A DNA stretch of 32,000 nt from the NCBI GenBank assembly GCA_041395025.1, contig JAWLBH010000001.1, positions 30,001 through 62,000 of the forward strand. The letters are read 5' to 3'. Position 1 is the first letter of the stretch, and each line of letters starts with the position of its first letter. Shown in pieces: positions 17,331 through 26,134 of the stretch. The notes beneath the pieces were generated by a model. It saw nothing but the letters and a program-made list of their open reading frames with translations. It had not been told where the DNA came from and made no database searches. This DNA is from Chlamydiales bacterium. Lineage in GTDB: Bacteria; Chlamydiota; Chlamydiia; Chlamydiales; JAAKFR01. Position numbers and translations under genes: made by a program.

Positions 17331-17771
17331 CTATGATCCATCCCGAGATGGTAAATCTAATTGCATAGCAGGAATTTCTCCTTTTTCTACAGCATCTTTC
17401 CATATTTTTGCATGTTCACAAAAAGTTTGAATAAATTGATAAAGTTGTTCTGCATTTAATGATGGAAGGGGAAGAAATTGGAATAATACAAAGCGAGAAT
17501 TTTTTTCACTAAAAGCGAGAATTCCACGAGGAGAATAGGAGCCTCCGTTCATACGCATAGCTTGAATAAAAATGCGTTCCCTATAAGGTCCAGGAAAAAT
17601 TTCTCCTAATTGTGTTCCTATAAGGATTTGGTCGCCATTTGGATCAAGGTCTATTTGTATTGATAGACGGTCGCTTGGAAAAGTTAGGCAACATGAAAGA
17701 TTTGCATCAAGTTGCAAATTGAGACCTATGATTTTTCCAAGATCTTGCATCAGATGCTCAAATACTCCCAT
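17331..17771 (-). CDS. scc1: Type III secretion chaperone, CesT/SycE family (Scc1-like)
   Basis: 146 aa and acidic, with a CesT-type pattern (...LSCCLTFPSDRLSIQIDLDPNGDQILIGTQLGEI...). It lies immediately downstream of copN, as scc1 (CT088) does in Chlamydia. Confidence 0.8.
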   Translation of the reverse strand: MGVFEHLMQDLGKIIGLNLQLDANLSCCLTFPSDRLSIQIDLDPNGDQILIGTQLGEIFPGPYRERIFIQAMRMNGGSYSPRGILAFSEKNSRFVLFQFLPLPSLNAEQLYQFIQTFCEHAKIWKDAVEKGEIPAMQLDLPSRDGS

Positions 17772-17773
17772 AG

Positions 17774-18907
17774 TTAATCCTCTTCTTCATGAATTTCTTC
17801 TTCTAGATTTTCAATTGCTTCTAAAATAATAAGAAGTAAATTTTGTCGATGTCTTAAAGATTTATAAAGACGTGGAGAGAGTTGCCGGATGCCATCACGG
17901 TATTGCATTAAAATAATAATTTTTTCTAGATCTTCAAGAGAACCAAATGCTTCTAGTTGTTTGAGAAGTTTAAGAACAGAAGGATAACGCTCTTCAACGA
18001 GCTTAATGAATTGTTGAGCGAGCACTTCAAAATTAAGAAGATTGTCCTTGTGAATCTCATAAGCCCCATATAATGAATTTATCAATTTCATACGTGATTT
18101 GAAAAAAAAATAGACCCAAAGTATTGATTGCAAATTGCGTGTGTCAGTCATTAAACGCATTAGCTCAGCTTGTTGAATAGAAGGTCCTTTAGATTTTAGG
18201 TCGTATACCAATCCTTTAAGCAAAAAAGCTACAACAAGTTTTAGTTGATCAAAGGAATAGTGATTTGAAAGTTCTGAAAATAAGGTATTGTGATCGCGTG
18301 GATTTCCAGTAATATCTCTATAGAGTTCTCTTAACTCGGTAGGGCTATTTCCAATGCCTTTTCGATGGAAAGATTTCGCTACTGTATCAATATTACGTCC
18401 CGCAATGATTTCACGTTCGTTTAATTTGTTTAGAAGCTCTCTTGCTAGGCGGACACTTGATTGAAGATCATTTTTTGTTTCTTGTTCCAGATATTTGAGT
18501 GCTTCATCAGCCAAAGTCACATCTGGAAATTTTTCCATCACATCATCGAGGATTTCTTCTGGAGTTTGACCATGTTTTAGAGTTTTTAGCAATGTCCTAA
18601 GGCGATCAGGAGGAAGTTCAGCATTACGCTGGTAGTAACTTTGAGCAAGATCTTCCTCAGATCTTTTTTTAACCTCGTTCACCCTCTCCATTTTTTCATG
18701 AGGTTCTTTTTTACGTGTTTCAAGGCGTTTAAACCTAGCGAGTCGACTTTGTTCTCTGTTAACTGCATCAGGATTAAAACCTTGTTCGATCTCTTCGATA
18801 AACATAGATTTGGCAGCTTCTTGGCGTATCTGTGCTTGACGTGCTTCTTTCTGTGTAGCACGTTGTTCAATAGCTGCAAGATTAATTGGTTGAATTGAAT
18901 CAGGCAC
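17774..18907 (-). CDS. copN: Type III secretion gatekeeper CopN (SctW; YopN/InvE/MxiC family)
   Basis: 377 aa with a HrpJ/YopN-like central region (...ALKYLEQETKNDL...ELRELYRDITGNPRDHNTLFSEL...KGPSIQQAELMRLMTDTRNLQSI...). GTG start with GGAGGGG 8 nt upstream. Located between sctV and scc1. Confidence 0.8.
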   Translation of the reverse strand: MPDSIQPINLAAIEQRATQKEARQAQIRQEAAKSMFIEEIEQGFNPDAVNREQSRLARFKRLETRKKEPHEKMERVNEVKKRSEEDLAQSYYQRNAELPPDRLRTLLKTLKHGQTPEEILDDVMEKFPDVTLADEALKYLEQETKNDLQSSVRLARELLNKLNEREIIAGRNIDTVAKSFHRKGIGNSPTELRELYRDITGNPRDHNTLFSELSNHYSFDQLKLVVAFLLKGLVYDLKSKGPSIQQAELMRLMTDTRNLQSILWVYFFFKSRMKLINSLYGAYEIHKDNLLNFEVLAQQFIKLVEERYPSVLKLLKQLEAFGSLEDLEKIIILMQYRDGIRQLSPRLYKSLRHRQNLLLIILEAIENLEEEIHEEED

Positions 18908-18932
18908 TGAGTTTTCCCCTCCAAAAAAAAAA

Positions 18933-21065
18933 TTATTTTATTTGAATCCTACCTAACGGTTGAATTTGTATTTCAGGTAAAATCTCTTGATAGGAAATCA
19001 CTGAAAGGTCAGGATATTCATTTTCAATGAGTTTTCTCACAAAACGACGTACATCAATTGCAGTGAGCAAAACAGGTGGTTGCCCTCCAGGTGGAGTGGG
19101 GGTGATGTTATTCCGTAACCCTTTTAGAATCATATTTACAGAATCAGGATCAAGAGCTAGATAAGACCCAGCTGATGTTTGTTTAATGGCCCCTCGAACC
19201 ATTTCTTCTATTTCAGGATCTAATAAGTAAACAGATAGGTTTGATTGCCCTTGAGAGTATTTATAACTGATATATCTTTTTAAAGAAGCACGTACGTAAT
19301 CAGTTAATAAAACTGTATCTTTTTCAGTTTGTGCCCACTCACTTAAAGCTTCCATAATAGTGCGTAAATCTTTAATTGAAATTTGTTCTTGAACAAGACG
19401 GCGAAAAATCTCTGTTAACTTCTGAATAGGGATTAAACGCGTGACTTCTTTAACAAGATCAGGAAAGGAACGTTCCATAAAATCTAGCATTGAACGAACT
19501 TCTTGAATCCCTAAAAAACTTTCCGCATTCTGTCTAAAAAAATAAGATAAATGGAGAATCACTACCTCAAGAGGAAGCCAAAATTTAATCCCTGCTTTAT
19601 TCATGATCTCTTGATATTGCTTTTCTACCCAAAGTGTTGGTAAACCTAGTGCATTTTTATAAGAAATAAATGGAAGATTGTAGCGACGGAGATTTTCTTC
19701 GATTTCATTAGTTAAAAGATAATTTTCAGGAATTTTTCCTCGAATGACTAGGACCTCATTCAAAAAAATGGCATATTCATCTTTTTTAAGACTAGGCGAA
19801 TTTGTACGTACATGGACTCCTGGAAATCGTATCCCTAAATCTTGGTAGAGGGCTTGACGCATTTGTGGAATTAGTGTTTCCACAAGATTGGGGTTTCCTT
19901 TTATTTTTTTTTCAATTAGATGAACAAGGTTCTCACCAACCTCTAAAATTACTGGGAGTATTAAAGCATATTCTTCTTGTCCACTCCCAACAATGGCATG
20001 TCCTTCTACATCTGTTTCAATCGTACTAGTAGCATTTGCACTGGCTTTTGCCTCTTGTTTCTTTTTTTTTCGCAAAATTGCAAATCCACTTGTTGCTAGG
20101 ATAAAAGCAAGGATCGAAAAAGTCCAAAGAGGAAAACCTTTAAAAAAGCCTAGACCTAATGTAGCACCAGCTGAGATGAAAAGAGCACGTGGTTCTCGTA
20201 ATAATTGTAGCGAAATCTCTCGTCCCATATTAGTATCTTGTCTGTCGCTAGAAACACGAGTGGTCACAAGACCAGCAGTCAGAGAGATCAAAAGAGAGGG
20301 CATTTGAGAAACAAGACCATCTCCAATCGAAAGAAGGGTATATATACGCGCAGCCTGAGCAAGGGTCATTCCATGGCTAGCCACTCCAATAATTAACCCC
20401 CCCACAATATTAATAAAGGCGATGACCATACCCGCAATGACATCTCCTTTGACAAACTTCATGGCTCCATCCATGGCTCCATATAGCTCACTTTCCTTCT
20501 GAATCATAGCACGTTTTTGACGAGCTTGATTGGAATCGATTGCTCCAGCACGCATATCAGCATCGATAGCCATTTGTTTACCCGGCATGCCATCTAAACG
20601 GAATCGAGCAGCCACTTCAGCAACTCTTTCTGCTCCTTTTGTAACAACAATAAACTGGACAATTGTAATAATTAAAAAAATGACAAATCCAACGACATAG
20701 TTACCTCCCACGACAAAATGACCAAAAGCTGAGATAATTTCTCCTGAATAGGCATGAAGCAAAATTTGTCGTGTTGAAGAGATGTTAACTCCTAATCTAA
20801 AGAGGGTAGTGACTAAAAGAAGTGCAGGAAACATTGAGAGATGGATAGCACTTGGGATGTAGAGTGCGACCATAAGCAAACCAACAGCTGCAGTTAAGTT
20901 TAGTGTAATTAAGAAGTCAATGATTGGAGGAGGAACAGGCAACACAATCATCACAATCACTGCGATGACCCATGCTGCTAGAATGAGATCGCTTGATTGG
21001 TTAATAGTAGAGATGGCAGCTTCTCCACTTAGAGTTCTTATGAAAAAATTCAATGCGCGTTTCAT
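18933..21065 (-). CDS. sctV: Type III secretion export-gate protein SctV (CdsV/LcrD)
   Basis: 710 aa with the highly conserved FHIPEP N-terminal membrane domain (...RFRLDGMPGKQMAIDADMRAGAIDSNQARQKR...GAMKFVKGD...) and an SctV/FlhA cytoplasmic C-domain. Confidence 0.97.
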   Translation of the reverse strand: MKRALNFFIRTLSGEAAISTINQSSDLILAAWVIAVIVMIVLPVPPPIIDFLITLNLTAAVGLLMVALYIPSAIHLSMFPALLLVTTLFRLGVNISSTRQILLHAYSGEIISAFGHFVVGGNYVVGFVIFLIITIVQFIVVTKGAERVAEVAARFRLDGMPGKQMAIDADMRAGAIDSNQARQKRAMIQKESELYGAMDGAMKFVKGDVIAGMVIAFINIVGGLIIGVASHGMTLAQAARIYTLLSIGDGLVSQMPSLLISLTAGLVTTRVSSDRQDTNMGREISLQLLREPRALFISAGATLGLGFFKGFPLWTFSILAFILATSGFAILRKKKKQEAKASANATSTIETDVEGHAIVGSGQEEYALILPVILEVGENLVHLIEKKIKGNPNLVETLIPQMRQALYQDLGIRFPGVHVRTNSPSLKKDEYAIFLNEVLVIRGKIPENYLLTNEIEENLRRYNLPFISYKNALGLPTLWVEKQYQEIMNKAGIKFWLPLEVVILHLSYFFRQNAESFLGIQEVRSMLDFMERSFPDLVKEVTRLIPIQKLTEIFRRLVQEQISIKDLRTIMEALSEWAQTEKDTVLLTDYVRASLKRYISYKYSQGQSNLSVYLLDPEIEEMVRGAIKQTSAGSYLALDPDSVNMILKGLRNNITPTPPGGQPPVLLTAIDVRRFVRKLIENEYPDLSVISYQEILPEIQIQPLGRIQIK

Positions 21066-22118
21066 TTAACTTTCTTCTTCTACGTTTAAAGAGATTATGT
21101 AAAGGAGAATTTCCCCAACTGCTTCGTAAGTGGTTTCAGGAATCAATTTGTTCACATCACCTTCTTCAAGCAATTGGTGTGCCAAAGGCACATTTCTCAT
21201 AATCGGAATTTGAAATTTCTCAGCAGCATTTATCATACTAATTGCATTCTTTTCTGTCCCTATCGCAATGATCCATGGGGCTCTATATTTTTTAGGTTCA
21301 TATCCAATAGCAATAGCAACATCTTTTGGATTAGTAATGAGTGTCTTTGCTTTACGAATATTTGTCGTTTCATCATCATAGGCAATTTCGCGAGCTAGCT
21401 CTCTTCTCTTACTCTTGATTTCAGGGTTGCCATCTGTATCCTTAAATTCTTGTTTCACTTCAAATTTTTCCATCCTCATCTCTTTAGCAAAATTATATTG
21501 TTGGTAAACAAGATCTGCGACAGCGATCAATATAAAATAAATCCCAATCCAGATAGCTACTTTGTATATAATTTTTTTAAACACAATAAAAGAAAGCATG
21601 GGAGGGAGAGCAACTGTTGCAACTAGGTCACTGATGCTGTGACGGACAGCAAAAAAGATTAAAACTGCGGCTCCAAAAATTTTGAAAACTGATTTTATTA
21701 ATTCAATCAAGGTTTTCATTTTAAATTTTTGCTTAATATTTTCGACTGGGTTAAATTTTTTCAGATTAGGTTTAAATACTTCAACTGCGAATGTTGGACC
21801 AATGATTAAAAAACTCACAACTAATCCAACAGTTGCTACGATAATTGCAATAGGAAGTGAAGCTTTCAGAATGACATAAACCATTTCTTTAAGATAAAAA
21901 GATGCGCTTAACTCAAGGTCTGTTGAAGGAGCAGCTTTAAAAATTTGAAGCATATATCCTCCAATCTGATGATAGAGAAAGCGGCTAAGGTAGAAGGTAA
22001 TGCCTAGTGCTGTAACAAATGTCAGTGCAGATGGAAAATCTTGAGATTTTGCAACCTGACCTTTTTTACGCGCGTCTTTTAATTTTTTAGGGGTTGCCTT
22101 TTCGGTTTTTTCAGCCAT
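21066..22118 (-). CDS. sctU: Type III secretion export-switch protein SctU (CdsU/YscU)
   Basis: N-terminus MAEKTEKATPKKLKDARKKGQVAKSQD, four TM segments, KMEKFEVKQEFKDTDGNPEIKSKRRE, and a C-terminal domain aligned to YscU/FlhB. The stop abuts the sctV start with no gap. Confidence 0.95.
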   Translation of the reverse strand: MAEKTEKATPKKLKDARKKGQVAKSQDFPSALTFVTALGITFYLSRFLYHQIGGYMLQIFKAAPSTDLELSASFYLKEMVYVILKASLPIAIIVATVGLVVSFLIIGPTFAVEVFKPNLKKFNPVENIKQKFKMKTLIELIKSVFKIFGAAVLIFFAVRHSISDLVATVALPPMLSFIVFKKIIYKVAIWIGIYFILIAVADLVYQQYNFAKEMRMEKFEVKQEFKDTDGNPEIKSKRRELAREIAYDDETTNIRKAKTLITNPKDVAIAIGYEPKKYRAPWIIAIGTEKNAISMINAAEKFQIPIMRNVPLAHQLLEEGDVNKLIPETTYEAVGEILLYIISLNVEEES

Positions 22119-22182
22119 ATCTTAATTACTATAGAAGATGCTATCTTTCCAGAAAACCTCTTCTAACTTATACTTGTTTCTT

Positions 22183-23298
22183 ATGGTAGAAGAGTTTGTC
22201 TTAAATTCAGGATTGTCCTGTGGATTTGTTGGTCTTCCAAACGTGGGGAAGACTACGCTTTTTAATGCATTAACCTCTGCAGGAGCCCCTTCATTAAACT
22301 ATCCTTTTTGTACTATAGATCCAAATGTAGGAATTGTCGATCTCATTGACCCTAGAATTGAAATCTTATCGCATCTTTCAAATAGTCAAAAGATGATTTA
22401 TGCTTCAATGCGATTTGTGGACATTGCTGGTCTTATCAAAGGAGCAGCAAAAGGGGAGGGTTTAGGGAATCAATTTCTTGCGCATATTCGTGAAACCGAT
22501 GCAATTATTCAAGTCGTAAGATGTTTTGAAGATGAAGATATCACCCATGTGGGGGGGAGAATTCATCCCCTAGAAGATATTGAAACAATTAATATCGAAC
22601 TCATTCTTGCTGATCTACAGACTATCCAAAAAATTTTACAAAAATTAGAGAAACGGTTAAAGGGAAATAAAGACTCAATTGCTTTGCTTGATGTCCTCCA
22701 GAAAACTCGAGATCACCTTGATCAAGGCTGTCCTGTTCGCAATATAAACTTGTCTCTTGAAGAGCATCTTTTGCTAAAACCCTATCTTTTTTTAACTCAA
22801 AAAAAAATCATATATGCCGCCAATGTTGCTGAGAATGATTTACCCTCTATGGATAATAAATATGTTAATGAACTGTCTCATTATGCAGCTAAGGAGAGGA
22901 ATGCTGTTATTCCGATATGCGCTAAAATTGAGTCTGAGATTTCAGAGTTGCCTGAGAAAGAACGGCAAGAGTTTTTAATTTCTCTTGGACTTAAAGAGAC
23001 TGGTTTAAATCGTTTGATTCGTACTGCTTTTGATACCTTAGGGTTTATTACTTATCTTACAACTGGAGAAAAAGAGACAAGAGCATGGACAATTCATAAA
23101 GGGACAAATGCTGCGGAAGCTGCTGGGAAAATCCATACTGATCTCGAAAAAGGATTTATTCGGGCTGAAGTTATTTCCTTTGATGACATGGTCAAATATA
23201 AAGGAAGACGAGGGGTTCGTGAGGCGGGTAAGGTTCGTTATGAAGGACGTCATTATATTGTTCAAGATGGAGATGTTATTCTTTTTCTCCATAAATAA
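22183..23298 (+). CDS. ychF: Ribosome-binding ATPase YchF (Obg-like)
   Basis: CGFVGLPNVGKTTLFNALT, FVDIAGLIKGAAKGEGLGNQFL, and the C-terminal TGS-like region RAWTIHKGTNAAEAAGKIHTDLEKGFIRAEV all align with E. coli YchF. The start is placed at ATG 22183, giving an 8-residue extension over the E. coli N-terminus. The ORF-track ATG 22138 would leave only 19 nt to the divergent sctU start. Confidence 0.93.
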   Translation: MVEEFVLNSGLSCGFVGLPNVGKTTLFNALTSAGAPSLNYPFCTIDPNVGIVDLIDPRIEILSHLSNSQKMIYASMRFVDIAGLIKGAAKGEGLGNQFLAHIRETDAIIQVVRCFEDEDITHVGGRIHPLEDIETINIELILADLQTIQKILQKLEKRLKGNKDSIALLDVLQKTRDHLDQGCPVRNINLSLEEHLLLKPYLFLTQKKIIYAANVAENDLPSMDNKYVNELSHYAAKERNAVIPICAKIESEISELPEKERQEFLISLGLKETGLNRLIRTAFDTLGFITYLTTGEKETRAWTIHKGTNAAEAAGKIHTDLEKGFIRAEVISFDDMVKYKGRRGVREAGKVRYEGRHYIVQDGDVILFLHK

Positions 23299-23452
23299 TT
23301 TCTAATACATGTTTTATGTTATCATAATTAGGGTAAGTCAAATAATCTAATATTTAGTTTTCTATTATTACAAATTCAAAAATCTTATATTCAAATTGCC
23401 TATTTTTTTTGATTTATGTTATCTCTACGGTAGGGAAGTCATAAGAGGTTTT

Positions 23453-24205
23453 ATGCAGATCATTCGAGGAATTGTCATAACCACTGGGTTATTTTTTCTG
23501 CTTCTTGGGGTTCTATTAATGTCAGGAATGTCTAATGCCCCAGGTATCTGGTTAAATAATTATCTGATTGGTGCCACAATCAGCGCTTATGCGATTTCAA
23601 TCCTTTGGGTAGCTGTGACAGAAACCTATAAGGCTTTTATTGGTGGGGGAATTTCAATCATGATTGCTTTAGGAGGGGGTGGACTGTCCTTACTTCATCT
23701 ATCTACTGAAACAAGAGGCATGATGTATTTAGGAGAATTGTGTCTTTATACAGCGATTCTTTTTATTTGGTTTTTCTTTTTAGGATTGAAATTTTCTAAA
23801 AAATCAACACATTCTCTTCCTTCAACTACACGTTGGTTATTTGGTCTTATGTTTACTGTTGTACTCATTGAAGGACTTTATCTGATTGTGCCTATTCCAG
23901 GTCGTTTTCCATGGTTACTTAGCCAAGAATTTTCTATTTTTTATGGTTGGATCCTCATGGGTAGCTCTCTATTTTTTGGATGGAGTTTTATTCAATCTAG
24001 TTGGGACAATGGGTATCCTCTGCTGTATAGTTTAATTGTATATAATATGCTTTTAATTGGCCCTTTACTCAGTCTTTTGAAAAGCTCTTTTCAGGTAACA
24101 GTGATTCCATTTTATCTTTGGTTTTCCATTATTGTTATCATTGGAAGTGGAATTTGGGCAATTTTTGAATTAATTAATCGCTTTTTCAGCATAAAGAAGA
24201 GTTAG
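23453..24205 (+). CDS. Hypothetical polytopic inner-membrane protein (about 8 predicted TM helices), no recognised family
   Basis: Hydrophobic stretches run throughout (GIVITTGLFFLLLGVLLM, LIGATISAYAISILWVAV, GGGISIMIALGGGGLSLL, LCLYTAILFIWFFFLGL, ...). The start is set at ATG 23453, which has AAGAGG 5 nt upstream. The ORF-track TTG 23396 is less likely. The 3' end overlaps convergent ribF by 36 nt. Confidence 0.6.
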   Translation: MQIIRGIVITTGLFFLLLGVLLMSGMSNAPGIWLNNYLIGATISAYAISILWVAVTETYKAFIGGGISIMIALGGGGLSLLHLSTETRGMMYLGELCLYTAILFIWFFFLGLKFSKKSTHSLPSTTRWLFGLMFTVVLIEGLYLIVPIPGRFPWLLSQEFSIFYGWILMGSSLFFGWSFIQSSWDNGYPLLYSLIVYNMLLIGPLLSLLKSSFQVTVIPFYLWFSIIVIIGSGIWAIFELINRFFSIKKS

Positions 24206-25078
24206 TTTCACATCATCTTTGATTTGATTTTTTAGTGCTTCAATAGAATTAAAATGTATCTCTTTACGTAAAAATTTAATAAAATAAACTTCAATTTCTT
24301 TACCGTAGAGCTCTGCTTGTTGATGAATGAGATGAACCTCCAAAATTGGAGAACGGTTAGTATGAAGCGTAGGAGCGCATCCTAGATTCGCTACTCCTAG
24401 ATATTTTTTTCTAAAAATCTCAACTTGTACAATATAGACTCCAAAAGGGGGAAGACATAAATTGTCGATTTTCAAGTTCATCGTGGGGAAACCAAGAAGA
24501 GAACCTTTTTGTTGACCAGGTTCAACAGTCGCTCGTATGGAATAAGGTCTGCCGAGCAGAGTTTCAACATCTTGAAAAGCTCCTTGTGTGACTAATTTTC
24601 GTAATCGACTACTTGAAACTATTTCATTAAAAATAACAACTGGTTCAAGATATTTAAGATGAAAGTTCATCTCAAGAGCTAGTTTACTTAAACACTTTTT
24701 ATTCCCTTTTCTTTCATTTCCAATTGCTGCATCGTGCCCTAAAATCAGATCTGAAAAAGGCACATTTTTTTTTAAATCAGAAAGAAAATCTTTTGGAGAT
24801 TGTTTAGAAAATGGTTTCGTAAACGAGACTAGGATAGTTGTATCTACTCCATGAATTTCAAGTAAATGTAAACGATGAGAGATTGTTGTTATAGGCAAAC
24901 ATTGCTGTTTTCTCACTACTTCAAAAGGAGGGTTTAAAAAAGAAAAGACGACTTTCTGTCCTTTTAGATTTGATAAGATTGCCTGATGGCCAAGATGTAC
25001 TCCATCAAAGTTACCAATGGTGATCGATATGACCTGATTAACTGGCTTGAAATCTTCAAGCCGATAGATAGTCTTCAT
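24170..25078 (-). CDS. ribF: Bifunctional riboflavin kinase / FMN adenylyltransferase
   Basis: The N-terminal FAD-synthetase part reads [17 protein letters not shown]. The C-terminal riboflavin-kinase part reads GFPTMNL...GVYIV...GVANLG.PT...LEVHL. Confidence 0.92.
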   Translation of the reverse strand: MKTIYRLEDFKPVNQVISITIGNFDGVHLGHQAILSNLKGQKVVFSFLNPPFEVVRKQQCLPITTISHRLHLLEIHGVDTTILVSFTKPFSKQSPKDFLSDLKKNVPFSDLILGHDAAIGNERKGNKKCLSKLALEMNFHLKYLEPVVIFNEIVSSSRLRKLVTQGAFQDVETLLGRPYSIRATVEPGQQKGSLLGFPTMNLKIDNLCLPPFGVYIVQVEIFRKKYLGVANLGCAPTLHTNRSPILEVHLIHQQAELYGKEIEVYFIKFLRKEIHFNSIEALKNQIKDDVKLTLLYAEKAIN

Positions 25079-25772
25079 GTGCTTTTAAGTACGAGGTGAT
25101 ATCAAAGTCAGTTTTATCCAATAAAATACCATCAATGCATTCTTCGATTGAAAAAGAGCCACTACGAATACGTTTGAGTTTAGATAAATGAGCTCCACAA
25201 CCTAGTCTATCTCCTAATTCATGAGCAATACTACGGATATATGTGCCTTTAGAACAGATGATACCAATAGATAGATGGGGATAGGTATAAGAAAGAAAAG
25301 AAGTATGAATTTTGACAATTGTAGGTTGACGTTGAATTTCTTCTCCCTTACGCGCAAGTTCATAGAGTTTTTTTCCTCCAATTTTTTTTGCGGAATACAT
25401 GGGAGGAATTTGCTCAATCTCTCCTTGAAAATAGTTCAACACATTTTTACATTGATCTAAAGAGGGAATTTTTTTAGAACGAGCCACAATTTTTCCATCG
25501 CAATCATAAGTATCTGTACTCACTCCAAGAGAAATCTCAGCTAAATATTCTTTATTTTGCAGCAGTAGTTTATCAGAAAGACGGGTATAATCTCGACCAA
25601 TTAACATGACCATGACACCCGTTGCAAAAGGATCCAGTGTACCCGCATGACCAATTTTACGAATCCCTGTAAGACGTCTTAACGCTTGAATCAAACTAAA
25701 AGAAGTTCTACCTTGGGGTTTATCTATTAGTAGAATGCCTTTTATAAGAGTGGTAGATTCATTGTTGTTCAT
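25056..25772 (-). CDS. truB: tRNA pseudouridine(55) synthase
   Basis: [16 protein letters not shown]...[22 protein letters not shown] (catalytic Asp motif) ...[20 protein letters not shown]. It overlaps ribF by 23 nt and rbfA by 4 nt. Confidence 0.93.
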   Translation of the reverse strand: MNNNESTTLIKGILLIDKPQGRTSFSLIQALRRLTGIRKIGHAGTLDPFATGVMVMLIGRDYTRLSDKLLLQNKEYLAEISLGVSTDTYDCDGKIVARSKKIPSLDQCKNVLNYFQGEIEQIPPMYSAKKIGGKKLYELARKGEEIQRQPTIVKIHTSFLSYTYPHLSIGIICSKGTYIRSIAHELGDRLGCGAHLSKLKRIRSGSFSIEECIDGILLDKTDFDITSYLKAHEDYLSA

Positions 25773-26134
25773 TGTTTACGAATCTTACGTTCATTCTCTA
25801 TTTCAGACATTAATCGGCCAATTCGGATCTCTTGGTTAATTGATTTATCTAAAATAAATTTGAGTTTTGGAAAATATCGCATGTTTACTTGTTGAGAAGC
25901 ATGGATACCAATAAAGCCTGATGCTGATTGTAATATTTTGATGCCTTCATTTTGAACTGATGTTTCTCCAATAATACTTACGAATACTTTAGCTTGATGT
26001 AAATCTTTAGCCACATCCACATAAGTTATAGAGACAAGAGAAGACAGATGGGGATTTTTTACCTTTTCACGAATGACATCTGAAATCACCTCTTTAAGCA
26101 AAGAATTGATTTTTTGGATTCTTCTACTACTCAT
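25769..26134 (-). CDS. rbfA: Ribosome-binding factor A
   Basis: 121 aa. [17 protein letters not shown]...[20 protein letters not shown]...RYFPKLKF is typical of RbfA. It sits in the conserved nusA-infB-rbfA-truB order. Confidence 0.9.
   Translation of the reverse strand: MSSRRIQKINSLLKEVISDVIREKVKNPHLSSLVSITYVDVAKDLHQAKVFVSIIGETSVQNEGIKILQSASGFIGIHASQQVNMRYFPKLKFILDKSINQEIRIGRLMSEIENERKIRKQ

Noticed and set aside
17329-17403. N-terminal extensions in the ORF track: malQ to 17403, rpmB to 10081, ychF from 22138, the membrane protein from 23396, and PLD to 7419.
   Set aside because: The extensions start at TTG or at upstream ATGs that would overlap the neighbouring gene or swallow the gene's own Shine-Dalgarno. 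They add residues absent from homologues. The downstream ATGs fit family N-termini and SD spacing better.
25060-25067. GCCGATAG, resembling the sigma-28 -10 element (GCCGATAA), considered as a target of the FliA encoded in this window.
   Set aside because: No TAAA(GTTT)-like -35 lies 11-12 nt upstream. The site is inside the truB/ribF coding overlap and is oriented antisense to both genes. A single 7/8 match is expected by chance.
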